64,000 nucleotides of DNA from positions 55,081 through 119,080 of IMG/VR virus record IMGVR_UViG_3300005573_001011; one strand, 5' to 3'. Source of the DNA: a virus. The translations under genes and the position numbers were made by a program. The first letter of the stretch is position 1. The number at the start of each line of letters is the position of its first letter. The notes beneath the pieces were generated by a model. The model made no database searches. It was not told where the DNA came from and worked only from the letters and a program-made list of their open reading frames with translations. Below are positions 56,271 to 64,000 of the stretch, one piece after another.

Positions 56271-57014
56271 ATGTTTAAGAATAACTTTGTTGTGGCAATT
56301 AAGTGCGGTGGTATTCTGAGAGAAATAGATGGAAGTGTAATGCTTCCTTTCAACTCAGAGTACTCTATTTTGCTAAAGAACCTCGATTCAAGAAGAGCAG
56401 TTGCTAAAGTGTCGATCGACGGTCAAGATGTATTATGCGGGCACTCACTAGTAATTCACCCTAATTCTGAGTTCGAACTAGAGGGGTTTCTACTGCCAGA
56501 TCTTACTGTTAGAAACAAGTTCAAGTTCGTCCAGAAAACGGAAGACATCGTAAGGCACAGAGGAGACAGAGTGGACGATGGAATCGTTAGAGTCGAGTTC
56601 AATTTCGAAAAAGTTCCCCAAACTACGCTAGTTTGGCATTGGATCTACAAACCTTATTATCCTTGGGTAGAACCGGTTCCAATAGTCATCCACAATACCT
56701 ACGCTGGCGGTTCAACTACGAATCGAGCCTTCACTTGCACTACTCAGCAAGCATCATGTAGCTCCAACTTAGCTGCTGACGAAGGAATTACTGTTGCTGG
56801 TTCACCTACGAAGCAAACTTTCAGTAACGTAACCGTTAACCAATTAGAAGAGACTTCTACTGTTATTACGATAAAATTAAGAGGAACAACTCTTTCTGGT
56901 AAAGTTGCAGTGGAGCCCCTTGTAACTAAGAGCAAGACTGTGTGCCCAACTTGCGGAAAGAAGTCACGATCAAGTGCTAAGTTTTGCTCTAACTGCGGAA
57001 CGTGTCTAATTTAG
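56271..57014 (+). CDS. hypothetical protein with C-terminal double zinc ribbon
   Basis: CPTCG..FCSNCG; AAGGAG RBS. Confidence 0.8.
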   Translation: MFKNNFVVAIKCGGILREIDGSVMLPFNSEYSILLKNLDSRRAVAKVSIDGQDVLCGHSLVIHPNSEFELEGFLLPDLTVRNKFKFVQKTEDIVRHRGDRVDDGIVRVEFNFEKVPQTTLVWHWIYKPYYPWVEPVPIVIHNTYAGGSTTNRAFTCTTQQASCSSNLAADEGITVAGSPTKQTFSNVTVNQLEETSTVITIKLRGTTLSGKVAVEPLVTKSKTVCPTCGKKSRSSAKFCSNCGTCLI

Positions 57015-57109
57015 CAGCAGTAAAACATTTAGCTAGCTCGCCACTTCTGGCTTCCGCTTCGATATAGAACAAAAATAAAAGGGTTCTACACTTTTTTCGA
57101 GGGGAGAAG

Positions 57110-57772
57110 ATGGATAAAAAAGAAAATATACTAATTGTTGCAAAAGAGCGGTATAGTGAGTGTCTTTCTGACGACATAAAAAGTCGCAACAGAGAGCAGA
57201 AAAAACCAGCTGGTTTCGTAGAAATATTCGAGATAGAGAAAGATGGGTCTCAAAAGAAGTTATACGAAAAAAGCAATCTGGTTGTTTATCAAGGGAGAGA
57301 AGCAGTTCTTTCTCGAACGTTTAATATAACTAATCCATCTATTGGCCCAACGAAGGATGAATTTTTATGCTGGTTTGGCCTTGGTGATGGCGGATGCAAT
57401 CCTGGTGATCCACTAGATCCTATACCTCCAACGAATAAAGATACGGATTTAGTTAGTTCTGTTGCTATAAGCACAACAGATGCTACTTGTGCTGATTTTT
57501 ACGACGGAGCTTACCACAAACACCCGTTCGATTCAGTTGAGTTTTTACAAGATCCTGATAACGACAATTCTTGGATTATATCTAGAATAACTATAACCAT
57601 TTCGTCAGAAGACGCTAACGGTGAGAACTTAAACGAAGCTGGGCTCTTCGTTGCAGCGAGTGATGAAGGAGGATATGCTGGTCCGTTCCACCTGTACGCT
57701 AGAATTACATTCCCAACTATTGTAAAGTCGTCTTCAAGACAACTTCTTTTCGTATGGTACTTATACTTCTAG
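57110..57772 (+). CDS. baseplate/tail-associated structural protein
   Basis: SNLVVYQGRE, FGLGDGG, NEAGLF, ARITFPTIVK..W; next to the sheath gene. Confidence 0.7.
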   Translation: MDKKENILIVAKERYSECLSDDIKSRNREQKKPAGFVEIFEIEKDGSQKKLYEKSNLVVYQGREAVLSRTFNITNPSIGPTKDEFLCWFGLGDGGCNPGDPLDPIPPTNKDTDLVSSVAISTTDATCADFYDGAYHKHPFDSVEFLQDPDNDNSWIISRITITISSEDANGENLNEAGLFVAASDEGGYAGPFHLYARITFPTIVKSSSRQLLFVWYLYF

Positions 57773-57840
57773 TTTCTAAAAGGAGACGTTTAATTTAGAG
57801 TGAAAAAATAGCGTAGATAAAAAATTAGGAGAGGAAGAAT

Positions 57841-59790
57841 ATGGCAAACATTTCACCAGGGGTCTATACTAAAATTACTGACCTCTCGACTTATGTCTCA
57901 GAAGTTCCAGGAACGATAGGATTTATCGCAGCTTTAACGGAAAAGGGAAGAGATAATGAACTAGTTTTTCTGGGGTCGAGAAGCGAGTTAATTTCCGAAT
58001 TTGGTGAGCCAAACATCTCCCTGTACGGGAAAAACTTCGGTCAAGGGCTTTATTGTGCTTACAATTACTTGGGTGAAGCTGGGTCTTTGTACTTCATGCG
58101 AGTTCTCCCAAGTGACGCAACTTACTCGAATTTGCGGTTATTAGCTGATTACGAAGCTTCTGACTCTACAGCTACTATTACTTTCGACTACGTAAGTAGT
58201 CTTAACACGAAAAACGAAATTAAGACAAATTTGGAAGCTTCTGGTACATCAGTAATCGGGATCTTTTACCCGATTGGAAGAGGGGTCTACTACAATGGAT
58301 TAGCGATACGATTAACGAAACATGCGAATCCAGTTCTAAGTGGTATTTATATTCTCGACGTTTATGAGAAGCAAAGTGACGGTAGTGACGTTATTATAGA
58401 GTCGTTCGAAGTTTCGTTCGACCCAAAAGCTACCGACTTGAACGGAGATTCACTCTGGATTTCTTACGTTTTAGAGACGTATTCTGACGTACTAAGATTC
58501 GATATGGTAACTTCAAGCGGTGACTATACTAGCGGCTACGACCTTATTGTGAAGACTTACGACAAAGAAATTGGTACTGTTTCAGTAAACTTAACTAATG
58601 GAAGTGCCTCAATTACAGACAATAAGCAAAACTTCTCAGATTGGTCGTACGTTAGCGGAACAACTTACAACTATTTAGTAATAGCAAAAGATTCCAGAGG
58701 AACAACGATATGGGGTTGGCTTGGAACTGCTAGTGGTCCTGGTTACGAGACTTGTACAATTCACGACGATAGAATAGTTGCTACTTCTTCTCAGAAGTGG
58801 AATGGTGATGTAGCTTCCTTCGATACGAATGGACCCATTACGTATGAAGTTAAAAAGGCTTTTGGAGAAATAGAAAATGCGTTTGTGTCCGCGGAACCAG
58901 CTCCTCTAAAAGAAGGGTCTGACGGAAGCTTAATATCGAGTGGTGGGACTTTAAATACTACTGTTGCAACTGAAATTCTTTCTCAAGCGTATGCTGGAAC
59001 AATAGACGATAAAGTTCTCGATACTGAAAACATCTACTTTAGCATTGTATTCGATTGTGGCTACCCAACTTCTGTGAAACAGTCTGTTTCTACTTTAGCA
59101 CAGACACGAAGAGATTGTGTGGCGATTCTTGACAATGGAGACAACGCAACGTTCGAAGCCTCCATTGCAAAGAGAACAAGTGACCACACTTTCAATACTT
59201 ACTTCTGTGCTCTCTATGAAGAGTACAATAAGATCTACGACACATTTACTGGTCAGGACATCTGGGTTTCACCAGTTTACCATATGTCTTACATATTGCC
59301 GAGAAACGATAGAGTGTCAGAAATATGGTATGCGGCTGCTGGATTTAATAGAGCTGCAATTGACACAATAAAAGAGCTTCGATTTAATCCAAAGCTCGGG
59401 CAAAGAGACCAGATGTACTTAAAGCAGATAAACCCGATAGTTAAGTTTGCCCAGGGATACACTCCATGGGGGCAGCTTACAACCCAGAGCAAACCAAGTG
59501 CAATGCAAGATCTCAATGTAGTTCGGTTAGTACTGTATGTCAAGAGAGCTCTAGAACAGTATTGCAGAAACTACGTTTTCGAAATGAATGATAGCATCAC
59601 TTGGAACGCAGTTAAAGTTGATGTAACTAACTTCTTAGAAGACGTGCGTCAGAAGAGAGGGTTATATAGCTACTCGGTAGAAGTTGGTGCGAGCGACTAC
59701 GAAAAGAAACGCAAGACATTCCATGTTAATGTAATATTAGAACCAACACGAGTGAGCGAGAAGATCGAACTCAACTTCTTCATCAAGTAA
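57841..59790 (+). CDS. contractile tail sheath protein
   Basis: ISPGVY..DLS, FGEP, RRDCVAILD, WYAAAGFNR, RDQMY..QINPI, WGQLT, LNVVRL..FEMND. Confidence 0.95.
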   Translation: MANISPGVYTKITDLSTYVSEVPGTIGFIAALTEKGRDNELVFLGSRSELISEFGEPNISLYGKNFGQGLYCAYNYLGEAGSLYFMRVLPSDATYSNLRLLADYEASDSTATITFDYVSSLNTKNEIKTNLEASGTSVIGIFYPIGRGVYYNGLAIRLTKHANPVLSGIYILDVYEKQSDGSDVIIESFEVSFDPKATDLNGDSLWISYVLETYSDVLRFDMVTSSGDYTSGYDLIVKTYDKEIGTVSVNLTNGSASITDNKQNFSDWSYVSGTTYNYLVIAKDSRGTTIWGWLGTASGPGYETCTIHDDRIVATSSQKWNGDVASFDTNGPITYEVKKAFGEIENAFVSAEPAPLKEGSDGSLISSGGTLNTTVATEILSQAYAGTIDDKVLDTENIYFSIVFDCGYPTSVKQSVSTLAQTRRDCVAILDNGDNATFEASIAKRTSDHTFNTYFCALYEEYNKIYDTFTGQDIWVSPVYHMSYILPRNDRVSEIWYAAAGFNRAAIDTIKELRFNPKLGQRDQMYLKQINPIVKFAQGYTPWGQLTTQSKPSAMQDLNVVRLVLYVKRALEQYCRNYVFEMNDSITWNAVKVDVTNFLEDVRQKRGLYSYSVEVGASDYEKKRKTFHVNVILEPTRVSEKIELNFFIK

Positions 59791-59857
59791 GAGTAAGGTA
59801 GCAAAATAGAAGTAAAAGTTTCTGGTGAGAGTAAAAAAAAGTAATAGAAAAAACTGT

Positions 59858-59902
59858 CAGCTAGCGAGGAAGTTTTCCTAGATCCTCGCTAGCTGTTTTT
59901 TT
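59858..59902. terminator. terminator after the sheath gene, between convergent blocks
   Basis: CAGCTAGCGAGGA..TCCTCGCTAGCTG stem plus T-run. Confidence 0.85.
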
Positions 59903-59952
59903 CATATAGAATCTTAGCTTCCCACAACCCCATACTCTTTTTCCCTTCATAA

Positions 59953-60078
59953 CTATTCTTCCACTAATTCTTCTGAAACTCTGGACTCTACTTGGTTACA
60001 AATGTAATTGACTGCATTTACTATTATATTACGAGCTCTTTCAGTAAACTCCTTTAGACATATTAAACACTTCGTCAT
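59953..60078 (-). CDS. possible 41-aa ORF (MTKCLICLKEFTERARNIIVNAVNYICNQVESRVSEELVEE)
   Basis: ATGA overlap with the amidase stop; no other support. Confidence 0.3.
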   Translation of the reverse strand: MTKCLICLKEFTERARNIIVNAVNYICNQVESRVSEELVEE

Positions 60079-60752
60079 TTTTCAATAACTCCATGAGATT
60101 GTTTAACTTCGAGAAACTTTATAATACCAGTGCTAATCGCAGAAGTCAAATTATCTTGTACGTCTTCCCTATTAAGAAACAGTTCTTCTCTAAGGTTCTT
60201 TATTATGCCGCACTCTATAAGAATAGATGGACACTCAGTTTTAAGTACTACTAGCTTGTTGTTCTGGAAGATACCGTAACTTTGGCTATGTGTTGTAAAT
60301 GTCCTTGTATAATGGAGTGCTGGAACGAAGTCTCTTGAAGTCATTTCTCTACCGACAAAGTGGGCTAGCATTAGACTGTCGTAGAAACTTCCGTTGTTTC
60401 TTGAGACAAAGATGGAAAACCCTCGATATCGGTAGACATAGGGAAGCAAACTTTTTCTAACGGAATCATGGTGAATCGAAACTAAGACAGTGCTTCCTTT
60501 CTGAGTTGCGATCTCAGCTCTGTTTCTAGTAGGTTCGTCAAGAATAAGAAAGCACTTGACGCCAGCTTGTTCTAGTTTTGTCTTAATCCCTTGTGAAACT
60601 CTCCTATTGTATACTACTTCTGGAACGCCAGAAGCACTAATACATCCTGGATCTTTTCCTAGTTGGTGTCCGACGTCAATAGCTACGAGCGCGAAAGAAC
60701 TAGTGCAGAGAAGGCAAAGCACCGGGATACAAACTAGTATTTTAGTTGTCAT
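60075..60752 (-). CDS. N-acetylmuramoyl-L-alanine amidase (Amidase_3) with signal peptide
   Basis: IDVGH, E..YN, VSIHHD, LVVLK..PSILIECG. Confidence 0.9.
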   Translation of the reverse strand: MTTKILVCIPVLCLLCTSSFALVAIDVGHQLGKDPGCISASGVPEVVYNRRVSQGIKTKLEQAGVKCFLILDEPTRNRAEIATQKGSTVLVSIHHDSVRKSLLPYVYRYRGFSIFVSRNNGSFYDSLMLAHFVGREMTSRDFVPALHYTRTFTTHSQSYGIFQNNKLVVLKTECPSILIECGIIKNLREELFLNREDVQDNLTSAISTGIIKFLEVKQSHGVIEK

Positions 60753-60875
60753 TTTCTTTTCTTTCTTGGAGTAAGGGAAATTTTCCCGTACAAGCTAGAT
60801 AGAATCTTGAAAAGTTTAGCTTCTTTCCTATTGCGGATCGCATAGTCAAGAATTGTTTTTCTTATTCTTTCTAAA

Positions 60876-61439
60876 TCAAGGATTTCTTCGTTGCTGTGCA
60901 TCTTTTTTACTCCGTATTTTTGACACTTTTTGCTTCAGCTTCCGAAACTGGCTTTTCCACTTTTCTTCTTCGGATATTAAATTCCGTGCCAGCTTCCGAA
61001 CCCGACTTTTCCACTTCTTTTCTTCTTCGATATTAAATTCCGCACCAGTTTTTATTTTGCCATCTTCTAGGTCTAGAAACACTTCTCTCTCAACTCTTTC
61101 TAGAGTATCCATATTAGACTTAACTTCGAACTGCGAAAAAGTGTTATCCCATGAAATATTTTGGCACGTAGAGATCATAACCATAACATCATGACTTCCT
61201 TTGTAAATGAAAGTAGTGTAATTTGGAGTCCACGGGAAGATTACGTTTATTTCAGAGAACTTATTGTCTTCTATAAACTTCATTACTTTTTCTTTTGAGA
61301 AATGATCTTCTGTATGAAGAAACTTAAATTCTTCGTAAAATTTTTTCGCGAGAAGTTCGAGAGCTTGTATAGTAGTGAGTCCTCTTAAGACAAAACTTTG
61401 CGAAGAACTATTCGTCACAAAGTCAACTTTTATTTTCAA
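60876..61439 (-). CDS. FVTNSSS-motif family protein
   Basis: MKIKVDFVTNSSSQSFV; GGAGG RBS; C-terminal EEEK(K)WKS..RKL duplication. Confidence 0.8.
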   Translation of the reverse strand: MKIKVDFVTNSSSQSFVLRGLTTIQALELLAKKFYEEFKFLHTEDHFSKEKVMKFIEDNKFSEINVIFPWTPNYTTFIYKGSHDVMVMISTCQNISWDNTFSQFEVKSNMDTLERVEREVFLDLEDGKIKTGAEFNIEEEKKWKSRVRKLARNLISEEEKWKSQFRKLKQKVSKIRSKKDAQQRRNP

Positions 61440-61464
61440 TTGTTGTCCTCCCTTTTGCTACTTC

Positions 61465-61680
61465 TCAAGTTTCTTGCAGCAGTAATTTGTCGAGTTCTTT
61501 AGCTAAGTCCGTGGCTATCTCACATACGATAGCCATCGATTCTTCTTCGTCACTCGAAACACAGTTAACAATTTTCTGTAATCTTTTATTCTCTGTAATT
61601 ATATCGAAGATCTTTATTCTAGTTTTGTTTTGCAGCTCCTGTGCTTTGCTTTCCATTTTTCCTTCTCCTCTCTTAAGCAT
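61465..61680 (-). CDS. small hypothetical protein
   Basis: Helical ORF; likely starts at MESKAQ after GGAG. Confidence 0.55.
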   Translation of the reverse strand: MLKRGEGKMESKAQELQNKTRIKIFDIITENKRLQKIVNCVSSDEEESMAIVCEIATDLAKELDKLLLQET

Positions 61681-61696
61681 ATTTTCGAGAGTGAGG

Positions 61697-61732
61697 TATT
61701 GGCAGGTAGTTTTTTAGTCTAACCTGCCAATA
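61697..61732. terminator. hairpin (terminator or processing site)
   Basis: TATTGGCAGGT..ACCTGCCAATA 11-bp stem. Confidence 0.55.
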
Positions 61733-61740
61733 TCCTTATG

Positions 61741-61953
61741 TCATTTGCCATGCTTAGTGTCCAGTTCATTTACCAACTCTTGTGAAGCTCGAAGTATCTC
61801 TTTTTCTTCCACTACTCCAGTTAAATCGAGCCCTCTTAAGATAGCAATCTTGATGAGTTCTCGCCTGAGGAACGACATCTCTTTATAGTATATTCTAGCT
61901 AGAACCCATCCCAATGCACAGAAAATGAGAAAAACGTACGCTAAAACACTCAT
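61741..61953 (-). CDS. small single-TM membrane protein
   Basis: N-terminal hydrophobic helix; AGGAG RBS. Confidence 0.65.
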   Translation of the reverse strand: MSVLAYVFLIFCALGWVLARIYYKEMSFLRRELIKIAILRGLDLTGVVEEKEILRASQELVNELDTKHGK

Positions 61954-62005
61954 TTTTCAGCTCCTTTTTTGTGCCACACAAAACGTTCCTGTATCTGGGC
62001 AGAGC

Positions 62006-62986
62006 TTAGAAGATGGCGAACGGACATTGGTTTGGCTCTTCTTGAAGTAGAGACCTGGTCCTTGCAAAGACTTCACTATTCCAGGCAGATCTTATTGTGC
62101 TATTAGTTAGAGGAATTGCGGTATCGTTTCCTGCAAACGAACAAGGCTTTAACTTCATATCTGGAGTTATGTAAGCTGACATTCTGGCGGCTTCGCACGT
62201 ATCGATACACTGCATCTGCTTCTCACTAAAACATTTTGCCTCCGTCAGTATAGAACATACAAGACATGAATCCAAACCTACAGAAAAAGAACATTTTGCA
62301 TTTACTAGTGCCGCCGCAAATTCTTTTACTTGGTCTTTGCTAAGGCAGTTGCTTTTTAAGCTTACACCTCTTCCAACGGGCTTAAAGAGTAGGAATATTA
62401 CTGCGTTAAGGTTGTCTATGTCCACATTGCTATTCCATACGTCTTCACCATTTAGCAGTCTTATTGCTTTCTGGAGGCTTGCTGAAGACAAAACCATGTG
62501 GATATTTGTCTTGATCTTAGCTTGTTGAAGTATCCGGATTGCACTATATGTAAATTCTTTTCCATAGTCACTAACCGCTACTGCACCCACATACTCTTTA
62601 GAAATACAGGCATGTTTTTCGCTGAAGTCTCTGCCAGAGGTAGTGTAGTTTGGGATAACACCTTTTTCTCGAGTGTACTTAAGGATTTCTTCGAAATCAG
62701 CATGTTGGTCTGGGTCACCCCTACCACCTAAAGCCACTTGAGTTACGTAGGGTGAAGATTCGTCAATGATTTTTTTATACTTTTCTAAAGACATATTTTC
62801 TTGTCTTTCTTCACCCTGGTAGCAGAACGAGCAGTTTCCTTTACACTCTCCCATGATTCCTATATCCAGAAGAGAAGGGAATTCGAGAGAGAAGGGGTCG
62901 TCGTAACCGTTAATTCCGGTTCTAATCTCTAGACCACTTCTCTCATCGAAGATAATTGCATAGCTTTTCGTTCGTATTATCTTCAT
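62006..62986 (-). CDS. radical SAM protein with short twitch/SPASM-like C-terminus
   Basis: CKGNCSFC, QVALGGRGDP, PNYTTSG, CEAARMSAYI..PCSF..CP. Confidence 0.9.
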   Translation of the reverse strand: MKIIRTKSYAIIFDERSGLEIRTGINGYDDPFSLEFPSLLDIGIMGECKGNCSFCYQGEERQENMSLEKYKKIIDESSPYVTQVALGGRGDPDQHADFEEILKYTREKGVIPNYTTSGRDFSEKHACISKEYVGAVAVSDYGKEFTYSAIRILQQAKIKTNIHMVLSSASLQKAIRLLNGEDVWNSNVDIDNLNAVIFLLFKPVGRGVSLKSNCLSKDQVKEFAAALVNAKCSFSVGLDSCLVCSILTEAKCFSEKQMQCIDTCEAARMSAYITPDMKLKPCSFAGNDTAIPLTNSTIRSAWNSEVFARTRSLLQEEPNQCPFAIF

Positions 62987-62993
62987 TAACAGC

Positions 62994-63326
62994 TTACCTC
63001 AGAAACTCGTGAAAAGACCATTTCCACGATTTACTTTCGCCACCCTCTCTCAAGACGTAGTCATAGACGTGACCAACTATCGTTCCATCTTCGTCACCAA
63101 AGACGCAAATTCTAGTTTCTCTTGGTCTAAAAAGAATATTGTTTTCTTCAACTGACTTTAAGAATTCTTCTTCCGTGTAGTTGTAGCTATAGTAGTGATT
63201 AAAATCGTGGAGTAGGTGTATGTTTTCTTTTGCAAAATCTACTAGTGTCTTTTCGGTTTCGCTAGTATTGGTAATAATATATGAAGTAGATGAACTGTTA
63301 GTTACAAAACTTCGTCTAAGTTTCAT
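62994..63326 (-). CDS. FVTNSSS-motif family protein, directly upstream of the radical SAM gene
   Basis: MKLRRSFVTNSSSTSYII; AGGAGG RBS; 7-bp gap to the radical SAM start. Confidence 0.82.
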   Translation of the reverse strand: MKLRRSFVTNSSSTSYIITNTSETEKTLVDFAKENIHLLHDFNHYYSYNYTEEEFLKSVEENNILFRPRETRICVFGDEDGTIVGHVYDYVLREGGESKSWKWSFHEFLR

Positions 63327-63492
63327 GTTGACCTCCTAGCGACTCAACTATAAACGATATACCGCCAGCTACTACGTATGCAGCAGCGATGAGGCCTAAG
63401 AAGAGAACTAAGAAAACATACCAGAAGATTGCTACAATTACAAGGCATATGGTAGCTGCTACTTTAGTGATAAGCCAGTTTCTCCAGTCCAT
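63316..63492 (-). CDS. small membrane protein
   Basis: Long hydrophobic stretch; start at MDWRN after AAGGAG. Confidence 0.6.
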   Translation of the reverse strand: MDWRNWLITKVAATICLVIVAIFWYVFLVLFLGLIAAAYVVAGGISFIVESLGGQHET

Positions 63493-63502
63493 AGTGTCTC
63501 CT

Positions 63503-63985
63503 TTAGCTAAGAGCTGAACCCAATGCAACTTGACTTTCATCCAGTTTTGGCTTGCTTCTAACTTCGTTCGGTGCAGTCATATTAACTAAAATTCGTACAT
63601 GTGGGTCGCCATTCCACTCTACGCTTAGACCTTGCTCTTTAAGAGCTCTTACTACTAACTCACCAACCTCTTTAGTTGGCAAGCCAATTTTTCCGTGTTC
63701 ACTTGAATCTATACTTCCATAAGCTAAGTACATCTCACCGTACTTCCAAATGTTGTCTTCGTCTTGCTTGTGCCAGAAAACACAGCCTTTAATTCTTTTG
63801 ACTTTCTCTTTCGGCAGATTCGAAACGTAAGATGCAATCTCAAAGCCAGCACAACTTGAGCAGCAGAGGAAGTTCGCTCTTGCAATGAGCCCCTGCTTGC
63901 GTAAGCTTTTAAATGCCTCCAATACTAATTTCCTGTTTCTTGCAACAGTAGAATTTGTACTAAATTTTGGTCTTGACATCATCAT
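63503..63985 (-). CDS. DUF6891-like hypothetical protein
   Basis: AFKSL...GLIARANFLCCSSC..FWHKQD..G..VEWNGD...RI pattern, recalled from memory. Confidence 0.6.
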   Translation of the reverse strand: MMMSRPKFSTNSTVARNRKLVLEAFKSLRKQGLIARANFLCCSSCAGFEIASYVSNLPKEKVKRIKGCVFWHKQDEDNIWKYGEMYLAYGSIDSSEHGKIGLPTKEVGELVVRALKEQGLSVEWNGDPHVRILVNMTAPNEVRSKPKLDESQVALGSALS

Positions 63986-64000
63986 TTTCTCCTTTCTGGT

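Noticed and set aside
2423-57073. AR9-like uracil-containing genome suggested by the AACA promoter core
   Set aside because: The window encodes an apparently intact family-4 uracil-DNA glycosylase, and the AR9 spacing fits only some copies
1-64000. Stop-codon reassignment as in some large phages
   Set aside because: Genes are full length and tightly packed in the standard code, and TAG, TGA and TAA all end genes at sensible boundaries

Overview
This 64 kb window looks like part of a large (probably jumbo) contractile-tailed phage genome read in the standard genetic code. It encodes a tail sheath protein (57841-59790), baseplate/fibre proteins (40886-47988, 57110-57772) and a 3049-aa fibre with collagen-like Gly-X-Ser repeats, 14 VGIGT modules and an S74-type chaperone (12712-21861). 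There are two glycosyltransferase/methyltransferase clusters (2458-8952, 29429-33158), DNA-repair genes (DenV-like, family-4 UDG), several proteases, lysis-type genes and two radical SAM enzymes. Most interesting, and not explained by ordinary annotation: (1) a transglutaminase-like plus PanC-like adenylating ligase gene pair occurs twice, each time directly upstream of a repeat protein (a CxCxxxCY polymer and the SGYSG fibre), and the radical SAM/SPASM enzyme carries the same CxCxxxCY motif in a tail that has its own internal RBS+ATG, suggesting a phage protein/peptide modification system; (2) a complete promoter-RBS-50 aa ORF-terminator cassette, missed by the ORF track, is present as an inverted duplicate around three glycosyltransferases; (3) three MKx(R/K)xxFVTNSSS proteins, one next to the second radical SAM; (4) seven paralogues with an N-terminal CxxCIxxPxC module and variable ankyrin-like bodies; (5) two candidate phage promoter motifs (GAACAAA, CTATATATATT); (6) a signal-peptide + CxxCH + ClpP fusion. 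I saw no tRNA, rRNA, CRISPR array or transposase. All family calls come from motifs recognised by eye; no database search was run.
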